Virus record (IMG/VR): IMGVR_UViG_3300024339_000005
Length of the DNA stretch: 64,000 bases
Strand: one strand, 5' to 3'
DNA from: a virus
The translations under genes were made by a program, and so were the position numbers. Every line of letters starts with the position of its first letter. Within the stretch, counting starts at the first letter, position 1. The notes under the pieces are model-generated. The model saw nothing but the letters and a program-made list of their open reading frames with translations, was not told the origin of the DNA and made no database searches. This document shows positions 41,064 through 48,334 of this stretch, piece by piece.

Positions 41064-41442
41064 TTTCGGCCTCCGATTTTTCTTTCCAGCCTGTATCACA
41101 TGATTTTTTTAAAATCCATATTACCGATAATGGCAACAAGACCAAAGACATTGAAAGAATTTCTGATTGAAAATATGTTAAACCAATTACCATTCCTATC
41201 ATAATAGACGCGCCGGCGACCAGCGGGCCAATCCCGATAACAATAAACGCCAATAAAATGAGAGGAATTGTGACAGCGCGTGCCAGCCATAAGAATAATT
41301 TGTTTCGGCAATATTCAGTTTTTGTTTTTGACTCATCTTCTAAATCAGAAAGATACTGCATAGGTATGGTCAAAAAATTGCCCACAGGTGTTATAAACGT
41401 ATCCACATAATCTTCGTAATCGTCAAATCCAAACATTTTCAT
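41056..41442 (-). CDS. membrane protein
   Basis: three hydrophobic segments. Confidence 0.5.
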   Translation of the reverse strand: MKMFGFDDYEDYVDTFITPVGNFLTIPMQYLSDLEDESKTKTEYCRNKLFLWLARAVTIPLILLAFIVIGIGPLVAGASIMIGMVIGLTYFQSEILSMSLVLLPLSVIWILKKSCDTGWKEKSEAEND

Positions 41443-41454
41443 TCTCTCTCAAAT

Positions 41455-41539
41455 TGGCGAACCCTGAAGGAGTCGAACCTTATGCCATCCACCCAACTCT
41501 AAGGTCCGGTTTAGAAGACCGGTGTCGGGAACAGGGTCC
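41455..41539 (-). tRNA. atypical tRNA-Arg (TCT): 8-bp acceptor, 4-bp T stem, no D arm
   Basis: GGACCCTG/CAGGGTTC-G-CCA, CCGGT-CT-TCT-AA-ACCGG, AAGG-TTCGACT-CCTT. Confidence 0.6.
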
Positions 41540-41556
41540 TAAAATTTATTCTGTGT

Positions 41557-41803
41557 CAGCCGTTTCAGAAACAACATGATCTTCACGGTGTGCCATTACA
41601 GCAATTTTGTATCGACGGCCAAATTCTTCAATTTTTTCAGCCAGCGCCAATTCAATTTCAGAATCTTCGCTATGCATCCAGCCGTTTCAGAAACAACATG
41701 ATCTTCACGGTGTGCCATTACAGCAATTTTGTATCGACGGCCAAATTCTTCAATTTTTTCAGCCAGCGCCAATTCAATTTCAGAATCTTCGCTATGCATC
41801 CAG
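41557..41803. repeat. perfect 122-bp tandem duplication
   Basis: 41557-41678 identical to 41679-41800, with CAG microhomology. Confidence 0.92.
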
Positions 41804-41982
41804 GCATTTTTCAGCCCTTCGCTTTCGATATAGTTAAGCAAGACTTCCTCAAGGTCGAGAGGCGGAACCTCAATCGACATTTGTTCGTCGTCGCCTTGTG
41901 CGGTCATGCAAATATACAGTTTGGGTTTTCCGGCAATGGAATCCATACCGATGGTCGCACTAACATCAAGTTCAAATTTCAT
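41596..41982 (-). CDS. hypothetical protein whose C-terminus is altered by the duplication
   Basis: MKFELD start after AAGGA RBS; the longer ORF call overlaps a tRNA. Confidence 0.5.
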   Translation of the reverse strand: MKFELDVSATIGMDSIAGKPKLYICMTAQGDDEQMSIEVPPLDLEEVLLNYIESEGLKNAWMHSEDSEIELALAEKIEEFGRRYKIAVMAHREDHVVSETAGCIAKILKLNWRWLKKLKNLAVDTKLL

Positions 41983-41997
41983 AATCAATTCCTTAGT

Positions 41998-42071
41998 TGG
42001 CAGCCCCGCGTGGATTCGAGCCACGATTTCCTGTGTCAGAGACAAGCGTTTTGCCGTTAAACTACAGGGCT
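41998..42071 (-). tRNA. tRNA-Gln (CTG)
   Basis: cloverleaf, CT-CTG-AC, CCA. Confidence 0.85.
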
Positions 42072-42209
42072 AATTTCTAATGCAACAAATTTTCAAGGCT
42101 GAATAATCAGCCCAAGGACAACAACCACGGCGACCCATAACTTGACTTGAAACATCAGCCAATAGGTATCATGCTCGTTCCATTTCATAATCAAATCTCT
42201 CTTTTGTTT

Positions 42210-42253
42210 CTCTATCTTAATTTGATCTTACGCTATTTTTCGGCAAATGTCAA
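42210..42253 (-). promoter_or_regulatory. early promoter repeat, variant class
   Basis: TTGACATTTGCCGAAAAATAGCGTAAGATCAAATTAAGATAGAGA; near-identical to 49362-49406. Confidence 0.75.
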
Positions 42254-42523
42254 TACTTTTAAGCGAGATAATTCATTTGGTCGAGAGGCATTTCGACAAT
42301 TTCTGGTGAGTTGATTGGGTAGCGAGTTTTATCACGGGTAGCGAGTGCGTCTTTTGCTGCACCTTCGCTATGGAATACGCCGAAGACATATAAGCCTTCA
42401 TGCTTGACATTTTCAGTCAGTAGGAATACGGTGACAGGCATCGGCTAACTCCTTTGTGCGGTATCTCTTATATAGTGATCTTCGCACAAAGCAAGGCAAA
42501 TGTCAAGTCTTTTTTTTGAGAAT

Positions 42524-42609
42524 TGGCGGATAGCGGAGTATTCGAAACTCAAACATTTCTGTTCCCTTCGGTTAGCAACCGAGCCTAGAACCTATCTAGT
42601 TCACTATCC
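42524..42609 (-). tRNA. tRNA-Ser (GCT)
   Basis: long variable arm, G73, CCA. Confidence 0.85.
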
Positions 42610-43024
42610 ATTTCTCTTTTCTTTACAGCTTTTCGGTATTCTATGTCATGGCGGAGCTTTTCAAGGATATGTTTCAAACCTTTGTTAGCATTACCAGGCA
42701 TCTTATGCGTTTCAGAACTTTTGATGATTGTATGAATATCGAAAAAACTGATTTGACCACCAATGGAACATTCTTCAATCAACCCGGCTATTTGCCATGA
42801 GGTTCTACCCCAACAAACACCGCGTTTCTTTTCTTGTCGCAATGATTCATCATTGACCAGATTTTTCACGGCATCAGCATTAAACATAGTTTGCGCTAAT
42901 TTTGATTTCGGGTCCATCATAAACTCCATAAAAAGTTGCCGCAGTCGCGTACCTGCTCCCTTTCGGGTATGCGCCTTAGTGGTGTCTGGGCCTTACTATC
43001 GGAACCCCAAACTGCGATCTCTTA

Positions 43025-43582
43025 TTAAGCGGCTACTTCAACGCCGCCTGTCCATTCACCCAACCATGGTATCCATGATTCGTGGGCCACCTTCAATGGG
43101 TACATACGACGAAGGTCGAGTAACTTCCAATATGAAGGCGTGTATGGCTTATGCTTTGGCTTCCAACGACCCTTAGGTGCGAAGTCGCTTTTTGCGTTGT
43201 TGCATGTTGCACAACAAGCCACTACGTTATCCCATACGTTGCGACCACCCTTTGATTGTGGGTGAACGTGGTCAACGGTGATGTTGGTCAAGGTCAGACC
43301 CTTCTCACAGTAGGCGCAGACGCCATGATCTCTGTAGTAAAGGTATTCAGACGTTAGACCAATGATACGTGGGATGTTGGTGTATTGCTTCCGCATGATA
43401 ACAGAAGGCCAAGCCATCTGTAGCGTTGGTGTTTGAATCATTCGGTCGTATTCTTCAACAACAGAACATGTACCATTAACGATTCTTGTCACAGCATCTT
43501 CAGCCGGAATCCATTCCGGTATCGGCAAAAGTTGGATGGGTGTCATATCCGCATTTAATACTAATGTTCTTAAACCAATCAT
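43025..43582 (-). CDS. HNH endonuclease (McrA-like)
   Basis: LVLNAD, RD...CAYC, TVDHVHP.SKGG...WDNVVACC..CN..K. Confidence 0.88.
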   Translation of the reverse strand: MIGLRTLVLNADMTPIQLLPIPEWIPAEDAVTRIVNGTCSVVEEYDRMIQTPTLQMAWPSVIMRKQYTNIPRIIGLTSEYLYYRDHGVCAYCEKGLTLTNITVDHVHPQSKGGRNVWDNVVACCATCNNAKSDFAPKGRWKPKHKPYTPSYWKLLDLRRMYPLKVAHESWIPWLGEWTGGVEVAA

Positions 43583-43680
43583 GATAACCCCCTTTGCCGA
43601 AATTTCCAGTGTTATAAATAATGTTAGTCGCGGTGTATCAAGCACCCACTAACCCTAATGCTTTATGGAGCAATCAGCAT

Positions 43681-43770
43681 ATGACTATTTATTACACCTA
43701 CAGAATCACTTCCAAAACTACTGGTCAGCATTATTATGGCGTTCGCTATGCGAAAAATTGCCATCCTCAT
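43681..43770 (+). pseudogene. frameshifted, truncated GIY-YIG homing endonuclease
   Basis: MTI then, after a frameshift, YYTYRITSKTTGQHYYGVRYAKNCHP; paralog of the 22671 remnant; late promoter at 43613-43620. Confidence 0.7.
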
Positions 43771-43837
43771 GGTTGGATTTGAACCAACGACCTACGGCTT
43801 TCAATGCAAAATTAGTGGCTGAAGGTATCCTAAAAAT

Positions 43838-43913
43838 TGGCAGCCCCTGTAGGATTCGAACCCACAACCACCTGACTCAAAATCAGGCGCACTACCAATT
43901 GTGCTAAGGAGCT
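43838..43913 (-). tRNA. tRNA-Gln (TTG)
   Basis: cloverleaf, CCA. Confidence 0.9.
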
Positions 43914-43919
43914 AGAATT

Positions 43920-43995
43920 TGGTGGACCCGGTCAGATTCGAACTGACAACCTTTTCCGTGCAAGGGAAATACACTCCCAATTGTGTTACGGGCCC
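43920..43995 (-). tRNA. tRNA-Ala (TGC)
   Basis: G3:U70, CCA. Confidence 0.92.
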
Positions 43996-44001
43996 ATGAA
44001 T

Positions 44002-44075
44002 TGGAGCGACCGGTCGGATTCGAACCGACATATTCTTGTTGGCAACAAGAGATTCTACCTTTGAATTACGGCTGC
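44002..44075 (-). tRNA. tRNA-Gly (GCC)
   Basis: cloverleaf, CCA. Confidence 0.9.
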
Positions 44076-44081
44076 ATTGTT

Positions 44082-44159
44082 TGGTACCCATAGTAGGATT
44101 CGAACCTACAAACACAAGTTTTTAAGACTGGCTGCGTTTCCTGGTTAGCATATACGGGC
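44082..44159 (-). tRNA. tRNA-Leu (TAA), short variable arm
   Basis: CT-TAA-AA loop, CCA. Confidence 0.82.
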
Positions 44160-44165
44160 AGAATT

Positions 44166-44241
44166 TGGTACCCATAGGCGGAGTCGAACCCCCAAACACC
44201 TGCTTTTGAAACAGGCCGCTTTGCCATTTGCGTATACGGGC
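44166..44241 (-). tRNA. tRNA-Leu (CAA), short variable arm
   Basis: TT-CAA-AA loop, CCA. Confidence 0.85.
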
Positions 44242-44244
44242 ATA

Positions 44245-44571
44245 TTAAACGCTGAAGGATGAACCGCAACCGCACTGATTTTTGTGCATGGGATTATTGA
44301 ACACAAATCCCGATTGAAGTAATTCCTCAACATAATCTATCTCTGTCCCGAACAGGAACAATTGAGATTTTGAATCTATCAATACTTTGATGCCATGCTG
44401 ATCTAAAACTTCATCGCCTTCCTCAATCTCGTTTGAGAATTCCATGAAATTTGAAAAGCCAGAACATCCACCCGATTTCACGCCCAAGCGAACAAACAAA
44501 TAATCCTTACCTTCTAGTAGGGATTTCATTCGGGTAGCGGCGTTCTCGGTTATCGTTGCTATGTCATTCAT
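44245..44571 (-). CDS. iscA: A-type Fe-S carrier (IscA/ErpA/HesB family)
   Basis: ITE.A, GGCSG, GTEIDY, GFVFNNP, CGCGSSF; late promoter at 44577-44584. Confidence 0.92.
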   Translation of the reverse strand: MNDIATITENAATRMKSLLEGKDYLFVRLGVKSGGCSGFSNFMEFSNEIEEGDEVLDQHGIKVLIDSKSQLFLFGTEIDYVEELLQSGFVFNNPMHKNQCGCGSSFSV

Positions 44572-44591
44572 ATTGGTATTTATATGTCCTT

Positions 44592-44680
44592 CTTATAAAC
44601 ATGCGGGCGTTCTACCATTAAACTAGCCAAGGTTTCCCCGGAGTGGGACTCGAACCCACATTTCCCGCTAACTCTATAAG
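44592..44680 (-). ncRNA. circularly permuted tRNA-like RNA (YrlA-like topology)
   Basis: order: outer stem, GCGGG, T arm, loop-closed acceptor stem, D arm, CCCGC, outer stem. Confidence 0.7.
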
Positions 44681-44768
44681 TTCTCCTAAAGCTGATTATC
44701 TACCGCGTGTAGTCGCGTCCATAGGATAGGCGTGTATTGACGCCTCGTTTTACTTCTGACAAGTATTT

Positions 44769-44844
44769 TGGTGCTAGGAGAGAGATTCGAACTCCCACCG
44801 CATGGTTCTTCAAACCATCGCTCTACCGTTGGAGCTACCCTAGC
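44769..44844 (-). tRNA. tRNA-Phe (GAA)
   Basis: cloverleaf, CCA. Confidence 0.9.
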
Positions 44845-45413
44845 GAATATTTTTCAAAATCTAAGTCTTCAATAATCAATATATTTTTATCTTTATGTTG
44901 TTTTTGAACTTCAATCATTTTTTCTTTATCGTTGCCCCACCAATATCCTTTTATTTCTATGAATAAATTTAATTCGGGTAAGAAAAAATCTGGAGTATAA
45001 TGTTTTTCTTTATCTTTTATTGTATATTTCCAAGGCTTACACCGTTCCCATTCAATTTTTCTTTCTTCTAAAAACATAGCAAACTTTTGCTCCCATGTTC
45101 CTTGAACTTTTTTACCGGCGACTGTAAACCATTTAGAACGTCCGCCGCGATTATTTGTGGATTGAATTATTGATAGTCGTTTGTTCGCTTCGTCGTTGGG
45201 CCTATTAGGACCATATTTTTCCAAAGCAAGTTTTCCAGCTTCGCTTAAAGTTCTTGCCACAATAAAACCAAGTCTATTTGCTCTCATATGGTCACTTTGA
45301 GTCAAAGGCGAGACAGACGAGATTTCTCTCATAGATTTTCCCTGGTTGTAAAGAACAGCATAACGCTTTGCCCTTTCAATCCATTTTGTTTGTTCATCAT
45401 ATTTTAATTTCAT
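44835..45413 (-). mobile_element. putative PD-(D/E)XK homing endonuclease
   Basis: QGTWE, HYTPDF.LP....FIEIKGYW...DK.K; AT-rich; late promoter at 45419-45426; inserted among tRNAs. Confidence 0.7.
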
Positions 45414-45432
45414 ACAAGTATTTATATAAAAC

Positions 45433-45475
45433 AGAAATTACAAACCGGCGCATTAACCATAACTGCCTACAATGC
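45433..45475 (-). pseudogene. 5' half of a tRNA (Tyr GTA-like), truncated at the anticodon
   Basis: GCATTGTAGGCAGTTATGGTTAATGCGCCGGTTTGTA; its 5' end resembles the tRNA-Tyr at 48335-48419. Confidence 0.5.
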
Positions 45476-45479
45476 AAAT

Positions 45480-45554
45480 TGGTCGGAAACCCCGGAGTCG
45501 AACCGGGTATTGCCTGCTCCCAAAGCAGGAGGATTACCGTCTTCCTCGTTTCCG
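45480..45554 (-). tRNA. tRNA-Pro (TGG)
   Basis: C1:G72, CCA. Confidence 0.9.
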
Positions 45555-45560
45555 TTGATT

Positions 45561-45637
45561 TGGTACCCCTGGAGAGACTCGAACTCCCAACACCTCGGAC
45601 CTAAACCGAGTGACTCTTCCAATTGGCCTACAGGGGC
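45561..45637 (-). tRNA. tRNA-Leu (TAG), short variable arm
   Basis: TT-TAG-GT loop, CCA. Confidence 0.85.
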
Positions 45638-45644
45638 ATATGTT

Positions 45645-45731
45645 TGGTTGCGGAAACCCGATTTGAACGAGTGTCGTGAAGGTTATGAGCCTACCGCTGG
45701 GGCCTGATTACCACTCCAGCATCATTCCGCA
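45645..45731 (-). tRNA. initiator-like tRNA-Met (CAT) with enlarged D arm
   Basis: TGCGGAA/TTCCGCA-ACCA, CT-CAT-AA, TTCAAAT T loop. Confidence 0.7.
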
Positions 45732-45754
45732 TCATGTTGTATTTAGTTCTTGGT

Positions 45755-45825
45755 TGGTGCCGGAGCTAGGAATCGAACCTAGAACATATTCCGTATGAGA
45801 GAATAGTGAATCCAATTCCACCGAC
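45755..45825 (-). tRNA. tRNA (CAT) with shortened D region
   Basis: ATTCT-CT-CAT-AC-GGAAT, canonical T arm, CCA. Confidence 0.6.
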
Positions 45826-45828
45826 ATA

Positions 45829-46097
45829 ATAGCTTCGGTCACTTTCGCAGACCGACAACGGATAGTTATTCAGGTGGTTCCCTTTTTTTGTATTGTCCAT
45901 GGCTCATCAGGAAATCGTTATTCACTATCGACCCTAGAGGGATTAACCACCGTGGCCCGTTTTCTTAAATTGGCTTTGCGAGGTGTTCATTTAAGACCGA
46001 CTACTTTTGCGTTTCGAACCGCGCTTTCGTCACCCATACCCCGGCTCATTTCGCCGGTACTTTATCACTCGGGAGCTACCCGGGATTATTAAGCTAT
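45829..46097 (-). ncRNA. ~270-nt structured non-coding RNA of unknown family
   Basis: terminal ATAGCTT/AAGCTAT pairing, several internal hairpins, no credible ORF, flanked by tRNAs. Confidence 0.45.
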
Positions 46098-46105
46098 CGC
46101 AAACT

Positions 46106-46183
46106 TGGCGATCTGGAAGGGACTCAAACCCTCATACACCCGGGAGACAACCGAGGACATTAGTTCATTTATGATACCAGACC
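46106..46183 (-). tRNA. tRNA-Asp (GTC)
   Basis: cloverleaf, G73, CCA. Confidence 0.82.
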
Positions 46184-46255
46184 ATGATTTTTGGGGACAG
46201 TTTAAAGACTTGCCCTGGTCTGTATTTGGACGGATTTTGCTCCGCCGGGCGTGTT

Positions 46256-46329
46256 TGGTACCCGCAGGAAGAATCGAACTTCCATATTTCGGTTATCAGC
46301 CGAATGTTCTACCGTTGAGCTATACGGGC
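46256..46329 (-). tRNA. tRNA-Ile (GAT)
   Basis: cloverleaf, CCA. Confidence 0.92.
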
Positions 46330-46334
46330 ATAAT

Positions 46335-46408
46335 TGGCGAAGGTGCGAGGAATCGAACCCCGGTCCGCAGGTTTGGAATCTGCTATTCTACCACTGAAAT
46401 ACACCAAC
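46335..46408 (-). tRNA. tRNA-Trp (CCA), copy 1
   Basis: TT-CCA-AA loop, CCA end; two U.U mismatches in acceptor stem. Confidence 0.8.
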
Positions 46409-46414
46409 ATAAAT

Positions 46415-46489
46415 TGGCGAAGGTGAGAGGAATCGAACCCCCGACGCTCGGTTTTGGAGACCGACGCTCTACCACTGAGCTACACCAAC
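46415..46489 (-). tRNA. tRNA-Trp (CCA), copy 2
   Basis: CT-CCA-AA loop, CCA end; same acceptor stem as copy 1. Confidence 0.85.
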
Positions 46490-46496
46490 ATGAATT

Positions 46497-46590
46497 AGTT
46501 ATCCCCTTCGGAATCGAACCCACATCGCTCTCTAATCTGGAGACTGTGCGGTTTATAAAACCGGTGTTTTACCGTTAAACTATAGGGGTA
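46497..46590 (-). tRNA. tRNA-Ile (TAT) with long variable arm
   Basis: canonical D arm, CCGGT-TT-TAT-AA-ACCG, extra arm, imperfect T stem, no encoded CCA. Confidence 0.6.
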
Positions 46591-46594
46591 TTAT

Positions 46595-46665
46595 TGGTGG
46601 CTTGGAGGGAGTTTCACCCTATCTTTTCCCTTATTAGGGGACTGCTTTGATTAAGCTACCGCGCC
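46595..46665 (-). tRNA. atypical tRNA-Ile (AAT)
   Basis: GTCCC-CT-AAT-AA-GGGAA, AGGG-TGAAACT-CCCT, ACCA end. Confidence 0.55.
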
Positions 46666-47279
46666 ATAGTTCGACCTTTGCGCCATCCTTCTGGAATAAC
46701 ATCGGTCTTTTTGATCTTCTTGGTTTCTTGGTTGTTTGTTATCCACATGGAACCGAACTGGGAACTTTGTTCACCTGTGTTTCTTCCTTTAAGGCATTTA
46801 CTTATCTTCTTTTTAGTATCTTCTGTATGTTTTTTGCCTTTGAAATTATTATATTTTGCCAAGCCGTCTATATGAACATTAGCAAAATTTATTTTTGATG
46901 TTCTATGTCCCGCGGCCACTCTGGATGGATGATTTTTGACTTGACCAGAATTTCGTTTATGAAAGTTTTCAGACTTCGACCAATATTCTCTATTGAGATA
47001 TGACCAGCCACCATGACCACCAGAACATAAATTATAGGTGTCTTCTCGTTGGCAAAATTCTTCTGTAACCAGTTCCGCTTCCTTGGCATTCATTTCTTGT
47101 TCGGTATCAAATACATGAAGGATTTTCTTTTCAAGGACTTCTTTACCATGTTTTTCGATAACTCGTCTTATGAGTTTACCAGAACCCATATAGCCATCAT
47201 CCAATTTTTTTGTTTGATGTTTACCGATATAGATTTTACCGGTTCTGGTATCGGTCGTTTGATAGATCGTATAGAACAT
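46656..47279 (-). mobile_element. GIY-YIG homing endonuclease (Seg-like)
   Basis: YTIYQTT...TGKIYIGKHQT..LDDGYMGSG, YNL..GG, FKGKKHTE.TK.KIS, GSMWITN, GWRKGR. Confidence 0.9.
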
Positions 47280-47284
47280 AAGAT

Positions 47285-47332
47285 ACCTCGTTTGTCTAAT
47301 AGTCTTACATATGGCTATTTAGACAAACGAGG
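47285..47332 (-). promoter_or_regulatory. RBS-sequestering hairpin containing a late-promoter variant
   Basis: ACCTCGTTTGTCTAA/TTAGACAAACGAGGT stem covers the GAGG RBS; TCTAAATA in the 5' arm, as in T4 I-TevI/seg control. Confidence 0.7.
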
Positions 47333-47342
47333 TTCTCTATGT

Positions 47343-47415
47343 CGACCCGACGAGACTCAAACTCGCATTATCCACATTGAAAGTGTGGTTTCCTATTTCA
47401 TTTAGAAGACGGGTC
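47343..47415 (-). tRNA. tRNA-Glu (TTC)
   Basis: CT-TTC-AA loop; ends G-ACA (no encoded CCA). Confidence 0.8.
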
Positions 47416-47420
47416 GGTAT

Positions 47421-47508
47421 TGGAGGAGAACAATGTAATCGAAACATCGGGGCTACTAACCACCGGCACGGTATTCAACACCGCTTTGCCACCTTGGCGC
47501 TGCTCTCC
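47421..47508 (-). tRNA. tRNA-Ser (TGA)
   Basis: long variable arm, CCA. Confidence 0.8.
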
Positions 47509-47515
47509 ATGAATT

Positions 47516-47592
47516 TGGCTCCTGTGACACGGCTCGAACGTGTAACTTCCGGCTTAACAGGCCGACTCCCCTCCCAATAGGGACCCACAGGA
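47516..47592 (-). tRNA. tRNA-Asn (GTT)
   Basis: TCCTGTG/CACAGGA-G-CCA. Confidence 0.85.
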
Positions 47593-47600
47593 AAAAACTT

Positions 47601-47677
47601 TGGTACCCGGGATAGGATTCGAACCTACATAAATCACACCGTGTAAAGGTGCTGCTTCCCCATCAAGCCAACCGGGC
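47601..47677 (-). tRNA. tRNA-Val (TAC)
   Basis: cloverleaf, CCA. Confidence 0.88.
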
Positions 47678-47854
47678 AAAGTGTTTGTTATTACTACCGC
47701 CTACTAGCATTTTGTTGGATACCGCACCATCGGCGTCCAGAATGTTGGTGCCTAGTAGACAGTAGAAATAACAAATTTATCACAAACATTGCGCGACTGG
47801 AGGCAGGCGAAATCCTCTGGCTACCACACGTCCCTTGTGGATGGTCGCTAACTT

Positions 47855-47933
47855 TGGAGGATACGGAGGGAATCAAACCCTCGAATACACGGTTTAAGAG
47901 ACCGTTGGTATAGTCACCACTACCTTCGTATCC
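47855..47933 (-). tRNA. tRNA-Lys (CTT)
   Basis: CT-CTT-AA loop, CCA. Confidence 0.82.
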
Positions 47934-47942
47934 ATATATGTG

Positions 47943-48006
47943 CTGTAATCCTTGTTGTTTATTCGCTATTATTTTATAATAGTTCGATATTCAACAAGGA
48001 TTACAG
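47943..48006. repeat. long hairpin with 15-bp perfect outer stem
   Basis: CTGTAATCCTTGTTG ... CAACAAGGATTACAG. Confidence 0.8.
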
Positions 48007-48008
48007 AA

Positions 48009-48086
48009 TGAGGACCGCCTGGGAATCGAACCCAGATCTAACAAACTTAAAAGGATTGCCCTATAGCCACTACTAGGAAGCGGTCC
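48009..48086 (-). tRNA. tRNA-Lys (TTT)
   Basis: CT-TTT-AA loop; no full CCA. Confidence 0.75.
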
Positions 48087-48168
48087 ATTAATTTTTGGGG
48101 CGGGAGGTTTAATGCACCGTTCCCCGTAAGTGCAACGTTTGAAGCTAGGCCACAACGCCATCTCTTTT

Positions 48169-48242
48169 TGGGGCGGAGCCGGGAATCGAACCCTGGTCTC
48201 TTGATTCACAGTCAAGAATTCTGCCACTGAACTAGCAACGCC
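48169..48242 (-). tRNA. tRNA-His (GTG) with G-1:C73
   Basis: CT-GTG-AA loop, C-CCA end. Confidence 0.85.
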
Positions 48243-48252
48243 ATATTTGAAT

Positions 48253-48329
48253 TGGGGCTTCTGACAGGATTCGAACCTGCATTATGTCTCCTTCGTAGGG
48301 AGGTGCCAAATCCATTTGACTACAGAAGC
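48253..48329 (-). tRNA. tRNA-Arg (ACG)
   Basis: cloverleaf, CCA. Confidence 0.85.
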
Positions 48330-48334
48330 ATGAT

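Noticed and set aside
45895-45915. CTGATGAG as a hammerhead ribozyme core
   Set aside because: I could not find a stem II followed by GAAA and matching stems I/III at suitable spacing.
48096-48160. tRNA-like element ending CGCCCCA
   Set aside because: It shares ends with tRNA-His but lacks a T arm and a coherent cloverleaf; probably a decayed duplicate, so it was not called.
43665-48227. ORF-track calls overlapping tRNAs (e.g. 43912, 44066, 45510, 46105, 47377, 47991)
   Set aside because: They are translations of tRNA genes or their antisense strands.
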